From Gammaproteobacteria bacterium (GTDB lineage: Bacteria > Pseudomonadota > Gammaproteobacteria > UBA4575): a stretch of 64,000 nt of DNA. A model generated the notes under the pieces. The model saw only the letters and a list, made by a program, of their open reading frames with translations, searched no databases and was not told the origin of the DNA. The position numbers were made by a program, and so were the translations under genes. Each line of letters begins with the position of its first letter. The first letter of the stretch is position 1. Below are positions 31,962 to 43,000 of this stretch, piece after piece. The stretch covers positions 416,001 through 480,000 of the forward strand of contig CBDCUI010000009.1 of the NCBI GenBank assembly GCA_965222615.1, in the 5' to 3' direction.

Positions 31962-32849
31962 CTAAGCAGCAGCTGGCTCTATAACATCTGAAACAGGCTC
32001 GTTAGTTTCAGTCGGATCGTATGTAGATACATTATTTGGACCAAGCTTATTAGCTTGTTGTAAAGCCTTTTCGGTAATATCCACTAGATCAAATCCAGTC
32101 TTTACGCTGTCTAATACTGAAGATACTCCAGCACTAACCGTAATCTGTAGAGCAGTAGTATTTTCTTGGTCATGTTGTGGCAAGACATCTAATTTAGCAA
32201 TTTCAGAACGTAAACGATCTGCAAGCACTTTAGCCATTTCCTCATCTGTCTGAGTTGTCCCCACAACTATTTTATGCTCATCAAATCTTGCAACAATATC
32301 TGAAGAACGAACTGTATTAACGACATAGTCGCTCACTTTTCTTAACACAACCTCTGCAACCAACTTACCATGATTATCTTTAACACTACTATAATCATCT
32401 ATATCAAATAATATTAATGACAAAGGTAGCTTGTAACGACGCGATCGTTGTGTTTCCTCGTCAATTCTGCGATCAAAATAACGACGATTATAGATATCCA
32501 AAATTGGATCTATAATGCTAGCTTGATCCATCGCGATTGCTTCACGGATATCACGAGTCGTTTGGTAGGTAAGGAAACATAGCAGCAATACAAATGCTGC
32601 AACTGCAAGACTAACAGCAGGAAATGTGATACTGGCCAATTCTACTTTTCCAGTCCACATCATGACTTGATAGACTGATAGCCCTACAATAAATCCAACT
32701 ATAAAAAACGAAAGTATCTGCCAGTTATTCCTAACTTTTCCTAGTGGAAGTTTTTTAATTAAGTGCTGTATTGTAAACAACGAAGCAGCAAAGCAACTGA
32801 TGCCACATAAAATTAAAATATTTGCTAATAAAAACATGAATTGCTCCAA
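31962..32849 (-). CDS. Membrane protein with a degenerate GGDEF domain
   Basis: Three TM segments, DPILDIYNRRYF, FDIDDY, ITVSAGV; active-site motif reads RFDEHKI. Confidence 0.85.
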   Translation of the reverse strand: MEQFMFLLANILILCGISCFAASLFTIQHLIKKLPLGKVRNNWQILSFFIVGFIVGLSVYQVMMWTGKVELASITFPAVSLAVAAFVLLLCFLTYQTTRDIREAIAMDQASIIDPILDIYNRRYFDRRIDEETQRSRRYKLPLSLILFDIDDYSSVKDNHGKLVAEVVLRKVSDYVVNTVRSSDIVARFDEHKIVVGTTQTDEEMAKVLADRLRSEIAKLDVLPQHDQENTTALQITVSAGVSSVLDSVKTGFDLVDITEKALQQANKLGPNNVSTYDPTETNEPVSDVIEPAAA

Positions 32850-32884
32850 TACTTGTCCTTAGTCAGGGAACCAAAACTAGTCAG

Positions 32885-34171
32885 CTACGGGGCGATCTCG
32901 CTAATTAGGACATCTACCGTTTCAGACTGGTGAGTTGTAACCGGATGTATACTCCCAAATATGTCACCACTTTGCATAATTGCCTGGCCTGACTTAGAAA
33001 TTCTTGCTATTACTTCTACCTGATCCATGCTGGATAGGGTCATCGCTGGCATCATTGAAACAGAATCGTCTAGGGTAACTGTAGTGGGCACGTCTCCAGC
33101 GGTCATTTTCACTAGTGCTAAAGGCATTTTTGGACCGTTTATCGCCCGCGCATAAACAAAAAGTGTGTCGGATTTCAACACCTTACCCTTAAGCTCTTCA
33201 GCGAGCGAAACATTGACCGTAATGCTGGCTGTAGAATCAACCTCCTGCTGAGATTCAATCGGTTGACCAGCTTGAGGGGCAGAGCTGATTTCTATACCGG
33301 CTTTTTGTTTGGCATCATTCAAATAGACCAATAATGCAGATTTAACATCTTCCTGATCGGCTGGAACCAGCTGTAACAGCCTCTCCCAGTAGTTAACGGA
33401 ATTTTTATAATCCTGTAATTGAAATGCCGCAAAGCCCGCATACCACAGGGCTCGTTCATGTTTCGGGTCTATTTGTAGCGCCTTCTTAAATAGCTCTGAT
33501 GACGACTCATTAAACTTTTGTCCGGCAGCAAAACCTTGCGCTTCACCATATGAAACCAGTACGTTTGGATTTGAACCATTGGTTAATTCATTTGCTTTTG
33601 CATAAGCCTTTACTGCAGCATCGAAATTTTCCAATATAAGATAAGACCTTGCCAACATTAACCAACCATCAAGATTATCTGGATCTCTTTGTAACTTTTT
33701 TTCAAGACTTGCAATCGCATCTTCTACAGAAGACATTTTATTCTGTTGTTGGGCTTTTAATTGCTGTTCAAATTCTGGAGACAGTGATTGCAGACCACTA
33801 TTAATTTTCAAATAAACAAGCACAGCAACAATTGGCAGAATGAATATAATTGCAATCGGTAGGATTCTATTGCCCTTGCTGACTATAGGTTGTTTTTGGT
33901 CTTCAAGATCATCAATCAAAGTACGTTGCAGATCTGTCTTCGCGACTTGAAATTGTTCTTGATCAATTAGATCTTGTTCTAGATCCCGCTCCAGCTCTGT
34001 CAGTTTCTTTTCAAAAACTGCTCTATTGATTTTTTTTCTATCAATATCTGCCTGTGGTTCCCTAGCAAACAAGGATGGCAAAATAATGACTAATGCCACT
34101 ATTAACAATAATGCACAAATCAACCAAAAACTAATCATCAGAATTGCTATCCTGATTAAGTGCAGATTCAA
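32885..34171 (-). CDS. ccmI: Cytochrome c biogenesis TPR protein CcmI/CycH (likely start 34138)
   Basis: TM segments, TPRs (GWLMLARSY), GPKMPLA and ARISKSGQA motifs; end of the ccm operon. Confidence 0.92.
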   Translation of the reverse strand: MNLHLIRIAILMISFWLICALLLIVALVIILPSLFAREPQADIDRKKINRAVFEKKLTELERDLEQDLIDQEQFQVAKTDLQRTLIDDLEDQKQPIVSKGNRILPIAIIFILPIVAVLVYLKINSGLQSLSPEFEQQLKAQQQNKMSSVEDAIASLEKKLQRDPDNLDGWLMLARSYLILENFDAAVKAYAKANELTNGSNPNVLVSYGEAQGFAAGQKFNESSSELFKKALQIDPKHERALWYAGFAAFQLQDYKNSVNYWERLLQLVPADQEDVKSALLVYLNDAKQKAGIEISSAPQAGQPIESQQEVDSTASITVNVSLAEELKGKVLKSDTLFVYARAINGPKMPLALVKMTAGDVPTTVTLDDSVSMMPAMTLSSMDQVEVIARISKSGQAIMQSGDIFGSIHPVTTHQSETVDVLISEIAP

Positions 34172-34649
34172 ACTTTGCTTGTTCCTCAGAAGTTAACTGA
34201 GTATGTGGTTGCACTTTTTGTTTTTTTATCATCAAAATGAGGAAACCTAGTACACACACTAGAATTATGAATGGGCCAAACCATAGTAAATACGTTTTTG
34301 GCTTAACCAAAGGCTTATACAATACAAAATCACCATAACGATTCGCCATAAAATCAATAATATCTCTATCCGTTGCACCTGCTTCCAGCATTTTTTTTAC
34401 TTCTGCACGTAAGTCTTTAGCTAAATCTGCATCAGATTCTGCAATCGTTTGATTCTGGCAAACTAAACAACGCAACTCATTTAATAAGGCGTGGTAACGC
34501 TCCTCATGCTTTGGCGAAATAGTCGCAGGTTCTGCAGCTATACAAACAGCAAAAAAACAAAGTAGACAGGCTAATAAAATATTGTAGTAATTATGAAGTT
34601 TCATCTTGCAACTGCCGAACCATTGGCAATATGGTTTTTTCCACATCAT
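34131..34649 (-). CDS. ccmH: Cytochrome c biogenesis protein CcmH (likely start 34604)
   Basis: LRCLVCQNQ and RYGDFVLY.P motifs. Confidence 0.95.
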   Translation of the reverse strand: MMWKKPYCQWFGSCKMKLHNYYNILLACLLCFFAVCIAAEPATISPKHEERYHALLNELRCLVCQNQTIAESDADLAKDLRAEVKKMLEAGATDRDIIDFMANRYGDFVLYKPLVKPKTYLLWFGPFIILVCVLGFLILMIKKQKVQPHTQLTSEEQAKFESALNQDSNSDD

Positions 34650-35124
34650 CGTAAGTCAACGGACCAATGTGCTTATGACGGATAATGCCTTTCTTATCGA
34701 TTAAAAAAGTTTCTGGTGCACCATATACACCCCACTCGATACCAACTCGGCCAGATTCATCAAAGGCATTGGCAACGAATGGATTGCCATGATCTTTCAA
34801 ATATTGATTTGCTTCGACCAAAGTATCTTTATAGTTTAAGCCATAAATTGGTACTATTTTTCTACCGGCAAGATCATTCAATACTGGATGTTCTTGACGA
34901 CACGCATAACACCACGTTGCCCAAACATTTAGCAGCGAAACCTTGCCAAGAAATTCTTTGTCTGTGAACGTATTAGTGCCTTTCAATGTAGGCAAAGAAA
35001 ACTCTGGCACTGATTTGCCGATGAGAGGAGATGGAACTTCCGAAGGGTCTTTATACAATCCAATATATAAAAAACCTACTAATACAAAAAAAAGTATTAT
35101 TGGAAATAAATATTTAAGCATCAA
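34591..35124 (-). CDS. ccmG: Thiol:disulfide oxidoreductase CcmG/DsbE
   Basis: WATWCYAC and GVYGAPETF motifs. Confidence 0.95.
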   Translation of the reverse strand: MMLKYLFPIILFFVLVGFLYIGLYKDPSEVPSPLIGKSVPEFSLPTLKGTNTFTDKEFLGKVSLLNVWATWCYACRQEHPVLNDLAGRKIVPIYGLNYKDTLVEANQYLKDHGNPFVANAFDESGRVGIEWGVYGAPETFLIDKKGIIRHKHIGPLTYDDVEKTILPMVRQLQDETS

Positions 35125-35126
35125 TC

Positions 35127-37118
35127 TTATGCAGCAGCTGTTTGTTGTTGGGCAAGATCTACAGCTTTTTTCTCGCGTTTTATTTTCAATCTGTAACGTC
35201 TATCCAAAGCTGCCAACAAACCACCAAGCGCCATTAACGTAGCTCCTAACCATATCCATTGGATAAATGGTTTATAGTAAAGTCGCATGCCCCATCCATT
35301 CGCGTCTATCTGTTCACCCAAAGCCACATATACATCTCGTAAAAATCCGCTATCGATACCCGCTTCTGTCATGGGATTTTGTTGAACTAGGTAGGTACGT
35401 TTTTCAGGCAATAAGATTGCCACTAGTTTGTCGTTTTTATACACTTTCACTGTTGCTTGCTTAGAGGAATAGTTCGGTCCTTTAACATCTTTTACACCAT
35501 CAAATTCAAAAATATAATCAGACATCTCCACCTTTTGCCCTGTTTGCATCGGTAATTCTTTTTCCTGTTGAAAGGCACTTACAAAAGTTACTCCAAATAC
35601 AAATACACCGATTCCGAAATGGGCGATACACATACCATAAGTGGCTCGCGGAATTTTTTTGAGATGTTGCAGTACATTTGCACTTGCTTCCGAACGAAAA
35701 ACATTTTTAAAAAGATAATAGACCGATGCTGCAATGGACCAACCTCCTAAGCTAATTCCCAATACAACTAATATAGAAGTTTTTCCGGCAATAACAAAAG
35801 GCAGTACAGCACCCACGATTAGACCAATTATTGCAATCTTAATTAGCTTTCTAAATACTTCTTTCATAGTTGCTTTTTTCCAACGCATAAATGGGCCAAC
35901 TCCAACCACTAACACAAGCGGCAACATTAATGGCACAAATACTGCGTTAAAATAAGGAGGCCCTACTGAAATTTTCCCGGCATTAAGTGCATCTAAGAAC
36001 AATGGATACAAAGTACCAACTAGAATTGTTAACATTGCAACTAGCAATAACACGTTATTGATTAACAAAGCGGTTTCGCGCGAAAACAATTCAAATTGAC
36101 CAATTGATTTTATATGTGGCGCACGTAGTGCATAAAGCAGTAAAGAACCACCAATTACTATGACTAAAAACAGTAAAATATAAACGCCACGCGCAGGATC
36201 CGTTGCAAATGCGTGTACAGATACCAAAACTCCAGAACGCACTAGAAAAGTACCGAGCAAGCTTAAGGAAAAGGCAAAGATAGACAGGAGTACTGTCCAA
36301 CTTTTAAAGCTAGATCTTTTTTCCGTTACCGCTAATGAATGGATAAGTGCAGTGCCCACTAGCCAGGGCATAAACGATGCATTTTCGACAGGATCCCAAA
36401 ACCACCAACCCCCCCAACCTAATTCGTGATAAGCCCACCAACTACCCAAAGTAATTCCGATAGTTAGAAACACCCAAGCAAAAGTGGCCCAAGGTCGTGA
36501 CCATCGCGCCCAAGCTGAATCTAATTTACCCCCCAGTAATGCAGCGATGGCGAAAGCAAAAGCAACAGAAAAACCAACATATCCCATATATAACATGGGC
36601 GGATGAATCACCAAACCCGGATCTTGCAGTAAGGGATTGAGATCGCGTCCCTCTACAGGCATAGGAAATACGCGTTCAAATGGATTTGAGGTAAGCAACA
36701 TGAATAGTAAAAAGCCAACGCTTACAAACCCCATTACACCTAATACTCGTGCAACCATGTCATTCGGTAAGCTTTTGCTAAATACAGTCACTGCAAAAGT
36801 CCACGCGCCTAACATTAACACCCATAGTAATAATGATCCCTCATGCGCCCCCCAAACCGCAGAAATCTTATAGTGCAGAGGTAACGCAGTATTGGAATTA
36901 TTGGCTACATATAAAACTGAAAAATCGTTATTGATAAATGCATAGGTCAAGCATACGTACGCAATAATTAAAAACAGAAATTGTCCACGTGCAGCAGGTT
37001 TTGCCACGGCCATCCACTGACTCGTGTAGGTTTGCGCACCCAGTAATGGCACAATGGTTTGTACCAGCGCTATGCACAGGGCAACGATCAAAGCAAAATG
37101 ACCAACTTCAGGAATCAT
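35127..37118 (-). CDS. ccmF: Heme lyase CcmF
   Basis: WGGWWFWDPVEN (WWD) and SVHAF motifs. Confidence 0.98.
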   Translation of the reverse strand: MIPEVGHFALIVALCIALVQTIVPLLGAQTYTSQWMAVAKPAARGQFLFLIIAYVCLTYAFINNDFSVLYVANNSNTALPLHYKISAVWGAHEGSLLLWVLMLGAWTFAVTVFSKSLPNDMVARVLGVMGFVSVGFLLFMLLTSNPFERVFPMPVEGRDLNPLLQDPGLVIHPPMLYMGYVGFSVAFAFAIAALLGGKLDSAWARWSRPWATFAWVFLTIGITLGSWWAYHELGWGGWWFWDPVENASFMPWLVGTALIHSLAVTEKRSSFKSWTVLLSIFAFSLSLLGTFLVRSGVLVSVHAFATDPARGVYILLFLVIVIGGSLLLYALRAPHIKSIGQFELFSRETALLINNVLLLVAMLTILVGTLYPLFLDALNAGKISVGPPYFNAVFVPLMLPLVLVVGVGPFMRWKKATMKEVFRKLIKIAIIGLIVGAVLPFVIAGKTSILVVLGISLGGWSIAASVYYLFKNVFRSEASANVLQHLKKIPRATYGMCIAHFGIGVFVFGVTFVSAFQQEKELPMQTGQKVEMSDYIFEFDGVKDVKGPNYSSKQATVKVYKNDKLVAILLPEKRTYLVQQNPMTEAGIDSGFLRDVYVALGEQIDANGWGMRLYYKPFIQWIWLGATLMALGGLLAALDRRYRLKIKREKKAVDLAQQQTAAA

Positions 37119-37123
37119 GAGGA

Positions 37124-37585
37124 TTAGTATTTGCCTTTAGGAATATTTTCCGGATGAGAAGCTCCAGATTTTTTCAGCGCTGCAGCCACTTCAGGTGGCA
37201 TATAATTTTCATCGTGTTTAGCTAATACTTCTTGCGCAACAAACAAACCGTTTTCATTGAGTTTACCTTGTGCGACAATTCCTTGACCTTCGCGAAATAA
37301 ATCTGGCAAAAGCCCAGTATAGGTAACTGTTACCGTATCGGTTGTATCGGTAAGATCAAATTTTGTAGTAAGACCATCATTTCCTTTAACCACACTACCC
37401 TCAACAACCAAGCCACCAATTCTAAATAGTTTGTCTTTAGGCACTTCACCTTTAGTTATTTCTGATGGTGTATGAAATAACATCATATTTTGACGCATGG
37501 CATACAAACCCAGTGCCGCAGCACTACTGAAACCAAGTAGCAATATCACTACAAATATTAATCGCTGTTTTCTTTTAGCACGCAT
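37124..37585 (-). CDS. ccmE: Heme chaperone CcmE
   Basis: LPDLFREGQG and LAKHDENY motifs. Confidence 0.97.
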   Translation of the reverse strand: MRAKRKQRLIFVVILLLGFSSAAALGLYAMRQNMMLFHTPSEITKGEVPKDKLFRIGGLVVEGSVVKGNDGLTTKFDLTDTTDTVTVTYTGLLPDLFREGQGIVAQGKLNENGLFVAQEVLAKHDENYMPPEVAAALKKSGASHPENIPKGKY

Positions 37586-37586
37586 A

Positions 37587-37736
37587 TTACTCTTCTAAAC
37601 TTTCTTCAATTTCTCTAAAAATCTTTTTTTTACGTGTGTTAGCAAACACTATACTGGCGATTAGCGCTAACGCAGTAATGCCATACGAACCCCATACGAA
37701 AAACGCCTTACCACCCATGTAAAAAAATTCTTGCAT
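37587..37736 (-). CDS. ccmD: Heme exporter protein CcmD (49 aa, absent from the ORF track)
   Basis: Translated by hand: MQEFFYMGGKAFFVWGSYGITALALIASIVFANTRKKKIFREIEESLEE*; fills the gap between ccmC and ccmE. Confidence 0.93.
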   Translation of the reverse strand: MQEFFYMGGKAFFVWGSYGITALALIASIVFANTRKKKIFREIEESLEE

Positions 37737-37738
37737 TA

Positions 37739-38476
37739 TTAGCTAGCCGTTATAAGTTTTTTCACCCAGTTAGTTGATCGTTCACGCGACAAAATTTCAT
37801 TGCGCACTCTTATAAATAAAAGCCAAACAAAATAAACTTTAAAGGCAATGGCCATAATCAATAATGGATACAACATACTTGGATGCATGGAAGGTGTTTT
37901 AGAAATTAATTCCATATTGGGCTGGTGCAAAGAATTCCACCACGTGACAGAATAGTGAATGATTGGAATATTAATAACTCCTACAATAGCCAAAACACTA
38001 GCTGCTTTGGCCGCCACCCGATGATCTTCAATGGCAGACTGGATTGCAATAACCCCTAAGTATAAAAATAATAATATTAACTCTGAAGTCAAACGTGCAT
38101 CCCATTTCCAATATGTACCCCAAGTAGGTTTACCCCACAACATACCGGTGATAAGGGCTAACGCAGTAAAAACCGCTCCAATCACGGCACACTCCGACAC
38201 TACAATTTCAGAAATTTTTGTCTTCCATACCAATGCAATAAAACCCGCAACAGCCATTACTACATAAACAAACATCGACATCCAGGCCGCAGGTACATGG
38301 ATAAATATAATGCGATAAGATTCACCCTGCTGATAATCTGTAGGTGCTACTACCAAGCCCCAGTACAAACCGATGGCCATTAAAATAATGGTAAGACCCG
38401 CAAGCCACGGTAGCCACTTTCCAGACCATTCGTAGTAATACTTAGGCGAAGACAATTTATGCAGAAATTTCCACAT
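37739..38476 (-). CDS. ccmC: Heme exporter CcmC
   Basis: WGKPTWGTYWKWDARLT and IHYSV.WWNSLHQ motifs. Confidence 0.97.
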   Translation of the reverse strand: MWKFLHKLSSPKYYYEWSGKWLPWLAGLTIILMAIGLYWGLVVAPTDYQQGESYRIIFIHVPAAWMSMFVYVVMAVAGFIALVWKTKISEIVVSECAVIGAVFTALALITGMLWGKPTWGTYWKWDARLTSELILLFLYLGVIAIQSAIEDHRVAAKAASVLAIVGVINIPIIHYSVTWWNSLHQPNMELISKTPSMHPSMLYPLLIMAIAFKVYFVWLLFIRVRNEILSRERSTNWVKKLITAS

Positions 38477-38478
38477 GC

Positions 38479-39147
38479 TTAACTCATACTAATTTTCAAT
38501 GAGGCACTTATCGCTAAGGGTGCAAGAATAAGTGCCAGTATTAATCCTGCCCCTAACATGGCTAATTGTCCTGAAACAGCCAATCCATCAATAGCTGAGC
38601 CCACTGCGCTCGATGCAAAAATTAGAACCGGAATATAGAGAGGCAATACAAGCAAACCCAATAGTACACCACCGCCACGCAAACCAGTGGTTAGCGCTAC
38701 GCCAATCGCACCGATTAAGCTGAGAATCGGTGTGCCCAGTAATACTGTGATAAATAATGTGGGTATGGCTTGCTTAGGTATATATAAGAGTAGAGCCATC
38801 AAGGGGACAATAATCAGCATTGGCAAACCAGTGATAAGCCAGTGTGCAATCACTTTTCCTAAGATTAACAAGGTTGGTGGGTGTTGACTTAGAAATAACT
38901 GTTCAATGCTGCCATCATCAAAATCTTGGCGAAAAATACTTTCCATCGATATCAATGCAGCTAGCAAAGCTGCAACCCATACTACCCCTGGCGCTAGCTT
39001 ACTTAGAAAATCTACATCTGGGCTTACACCTAGTGGAAATAATGTCACTACAATTACATAAAATAATATTGGATTCATCAATTCTGCACGTCGCCGAAAA
39101 GCGACAAGTAAATCACGCTGTATAACTGTCAATAGTGCACTTAACAT
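38479..39147 (-). CDS. ccmB: Heme exporter permease CcmB
   Basis: FRQDFDDGSIEQL and LVLPLYIPVLIF motifs. Confidence 0.96.
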   Translation of the reverse strand: MLSALLTVIQRDLLVAFRRRAELMNPILFYVIVVTLFPLGVSPDVDFLSKLAPGVVWVAALLAALISMESIFRQDFDDGSIEQLFLSQHPPTLLILGKVIAHWLITGLPMLIIVPLMALLLYIPKQAIPTLFITVLLGTPILSLIGAIGVALTTGLRGGGVLLGLLVLPLYIPVLIFASSAVGSAIDGLAVSGQLAMLGAGLILALILAPLAISASLKISMS

Positions 39148-39149
39148 AT

Positions 39150-39782
39150 CTAGGAAAGATTTAACCGCTTAATAGTATGTTCTGGTATTTTTAATTCTCG
39201 ATGTGTAGTTACAATCAACATACCCTTGTTGTCTAAATGTTTTTTTAAAACTGTCTCAAATTCTGTGACAAATTCTTTATCTAATGCTGTAAGTGGTTCA
39301 TCTAAAATCCAAATCATTCTGTCTTCTAACTGTAATCTAGCCAATGCAACTCGGCGTTTTTGACCGGCAGAAAGTTTACGAGTTAACACATTGCGTTGCT
39401 TAAACAAACCTACTGAACGAATAATTTCTTTAATGTCTGACTCGCTTCTTTTCGTGCCAACCATACGTTGTGCAAACAAAAGATTTTCTAATACCGTTAA
39501 ATCGAGTTTTACACCTGAGGCATGGCCAATATAAGAAATCTGCTGTTGATAATCCTCATGTTTGTCGATAGCTTCATCACACCAGCTTATTTGTCCTTCC
39601 ACAGGTTGATTGAAGCCGCATAGAATCCTCAACAAACTAGTTTTGCCACTGCCATTACTGCCTTCAACGATCAGCGCCTCGCCTGACTCAATTGTGAAAT
39701 TGAGATTAGAGAATAGTTCAGCACTGCCTCTCTTGCAGCTAAGGCCATGTGCCTCAAGTATGCCTACCTCCTGTGTGTGCAT
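39150..39782 (-). CDS. ccmA: Heme exporter ATPase CcmA
   Basis: GSNGSGKTSLLR, LSAGQKRRVALARL and WILDEP motifs. Confidence 0.96.
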   Translation of the reverse strand: MHTQEVGILEAHGLSCKRGSAELFSNLNFTIESGEALIVEGSNGSGKTSLLRILCGFNQPVEGQISWCDEAIDKHEDYQQQISYIGHASGVKLDLTVLENLLFAQRMVGTKRSESDIKEIIRSVGLFKQRNVLTRKLSAGQKRRVALARLQLEDRMIWILDEPLTALDKEFVTEFETVLKKHLDNKGMLIVTTHRELKIPEHTIKRLNLS

Positions 39783-39910
39783 GGTATTTGATCAAATTCA
39801 GAAACAATTAAGTTATGTCGTGTAACTCATTAATTACACTAGAATCTTAACACGCGGTGGTGTTGAATCGATGAATGAATCGTCCACCCCGATGACGGAA
39901 TTGCTGACTT

Positions 39911-39929
39911 AATGAGAACGATTCTCAGT
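39911..39929. promoter_or_regulatory. Candidate Fur box in the ccmA/mfd divergent intergenic region
   Basis: AATGAGAACGATTCTCAGT is a near-perfect 7-1-7 TGAGAAT-N-ATTCTCA inverted repeat. Confidence 0.5.
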
Positions 39930-40072
39930 GTTTGCTGGGCACAAAACCTGCCGCAGGGATCTGCTGGGATTATGCGCTATATAGCCTTGCGGCTCTATAT
40001 CTGTATTTATATTGCACAATACGTAGAATGGCGTGCCTTTGACTTTACTTCGATGTAGATGACAATTTCTGT

Positions 40073-43000
40073 ATGAACATTTTCAATCCGCCTCTTCCTA
40101 ATCAAGGTCACAAGCATATAACCTGGGGCAGAACCTATGGCTGTAGCAAAGGCCTAGTATTGGCTCAGGCCATTGAGCAATCCAACGGGTTAACCCTCAT
40201 CGTCACCCCAGATATTCAATCGGCACAGTTACTTCAAAGCGAGTTGGATTTTTTTTGTGACCCGGACACAAAAATCTATGTATTTCCTGATTCGGAAACG
40301 CTTCCTTATGACGTGTTCTCACCACATGAAGACATTATCTCAGATCGTGTACTTACTTTGTGCTCCTTGCCTAAGATAAAACAAGGCGCGCTCATCATTT
40401 CTGCAAGTACTATTCTTACACGACTAGCGCCCAAATCGTTTGTACTCGGACAGACACTAAATTTAGCTGTCAATGAGCAGATTGACTTGGAAACTTTTAA
40501 ACAGACACTTATAAAAGCAGGTTACCAATACGTATCACAAGTAATCTCACACGGCGAGTTTGCAGTCAGAGGATCCATCATTGATTTATACCCTATGGGT
40601 TGTAAATCACCCTACCGAATTGATTTACTCGATGATGAAATTGAAACAATTCGTATATTTAATCCAGAGACCCAAGTTTCTTCTGATAAAGTCGATAAAT
40701 TGCAAATTCTCCCTGCTAGAGAATTTCCAACAGACGATGCTTCCATTAAACGTTTCAGACAAAATTATAGAGTTCAGTTTGAAGGTGATCCTAACAAAAG
40801 TGTTATCTATCGAGACGTAAGTAATAATAATTTACCTTCTGGCATTGAATATTATTTGCCGTTGTTTTGTGAAGAAACCAGTACATTCTTTGACTATATA
40901 CCTGAAAATTGTCAACTTGTTTTGATTGAAAACACAATCGAGATTGCCGAAGAATTTGAGAATGATATTTTTTCTCGTTATGAACAAAGGAAATATGACC
41001 TTGAACGTCCACCGCTACACCCTAAACAGCTATGGATCTCTACAGAATATTTTGAAAAAAATATATATAAATACAACACGATTCGCTTACAGCAATACGA
41101 ATTAGAACAACTACATCGTGACCAATATAATTTTGATACACATGCATTACCGAATGTCGCAATCAATACCCACATTAAGGAGCCAGCCAGCGAATTAAAG
41201 CGTTTCATTGAAACTAAAAATTACAAAATCCTTTTCATCTCTGAATCCCCTGGAAGAAGAGAGTACTTATTGGATGTATTAAAAGGCTTTGCATTGCACC
41301 CTACTACCGTAGACAACTGGCATGAATTTCTGAAATTAGAAACCAAAATTGCAATTACAATTGGCCCACTTGAGGAAGGTCTTGTGTTAGAACAAGACAA
41401 CATTGCCATTATTACCGAAAACAATTTATTTGGTGCACGCGCAAAACAAAAACGACAACGCAGGCGACAAATCCGTGACGCTGAAGCGCTCATTAAAAAC
41501 TTATCGGATCTAAGTGAAGGCTCCCCAGTTGTACATGAAGATCATGGAGTGGGTCGCTATAAAGGATTGAAGACCCTTACTTTGAGTGGGACTGAAACAG
41601 AATTCCTTACTTTAGAATATACTGATGGCGATATACTCTATGTGCCAGTTTCCTCCTTACATTTAATCAGCCGCTACACAGGCGCTTCTGAGGAAAACGC
41701 CCCCTTACATCGATTAGGAGGAGAGGCTTGGAAAAATATTAAACGTCGCGCAGCCGAACGAGCACGCGATGTTGCCGCAGAACTCTTAGATATTTATTCA
41801 CGCCGTGAGGCGAAACAAGGCTATCAATATGAAGTTGATCATATTGAATTAAATTCATTTTGCACCACATTCCCATATGAAGAAACTCCAGATCAACAAA
41901 AAGCCATTGATGATGTTACGGTAGACATGCAATCAACACGACCAATGGATCGGGTAGTATGTGGTGATGTTGGTTTTGGTAAAACAGAGGTGGCCATGCG
42001 AGCTGCATTTATTGCGGCCTCATCTGGAAAACAAGTTGCCGTGCTAGTTCCAACTACATTACTTGCCTCACAACATTTTCAAAGTTTTAGTGATCGGTTT
42101 GCGGATTGGCCCCTGCGCATTGAACATATTTCACGTTTTATTTCTGCAAAAAACCAAAAAATTATTCTGTCTGGCTTAGAGCAAGGAACAGTCGATATAA
42201 TTATCGGTACACACAAACTTCTAAGTTCTGATATAAAATTCAAAAATCTTGGTTTAATCGTTGTTGATGAAGAACAACGATTTGGGGTGCGCCAAAAAGA
42301 AGTGTTAAAAAAAATGCGCACTGAAGTTGATGTACTAACATTAACAGCCACACCAATCCCGAGAACTTTAAATATGTCACTAAGTGGATTAAGAGATCTG
42401 TCCATAATCGCAACTCCACCTAATCACCGTCATGCCATAAAAACTTTTGTAAGCACATGGAATGACCACATGATTCAAGAAGCATGCTTGCGTGAACTAA
42501 AGCGGGGCGGGCAAGTTTTTTTCTTACACAATGAAGTTAAAACTATTGAAAAGACTGCCAAAGAAATACAACAATTACTTCCAGATACCACAATAAAAAT
42601 TGCACACGGGCAAATGCCTGAACGAGATTTAGAACAAGTAATGTTAGATTTTTATCACCAGCGTTTTAGCATTTTAGTTTGTACGACTATTATTGAAAAC
42701 GGTATAGACATACCTTCTGCCAATACCATCATTATCAATCGTGCAGACAAGCTTGGTCTGTCTCAACTACATCAAATACGCGGACGAGTTGGACGGTCGC
42801 ACCACCGAGCTTATGCATATTTAATTGCACCACCGCGTGCAGTAATTACTGCCGATGCTGCAAAACGCCTAGAGGCAATTGAGTCATTGGAAGATCTAGG
42901 AGTGGGATTCACACTGGCCACACATGATTTAGAAATACGTGGCGCGGGAGAACTACTCGGTGCCGAACAAAGTGGTCAAATTCAGGAGATAGGATTTACT

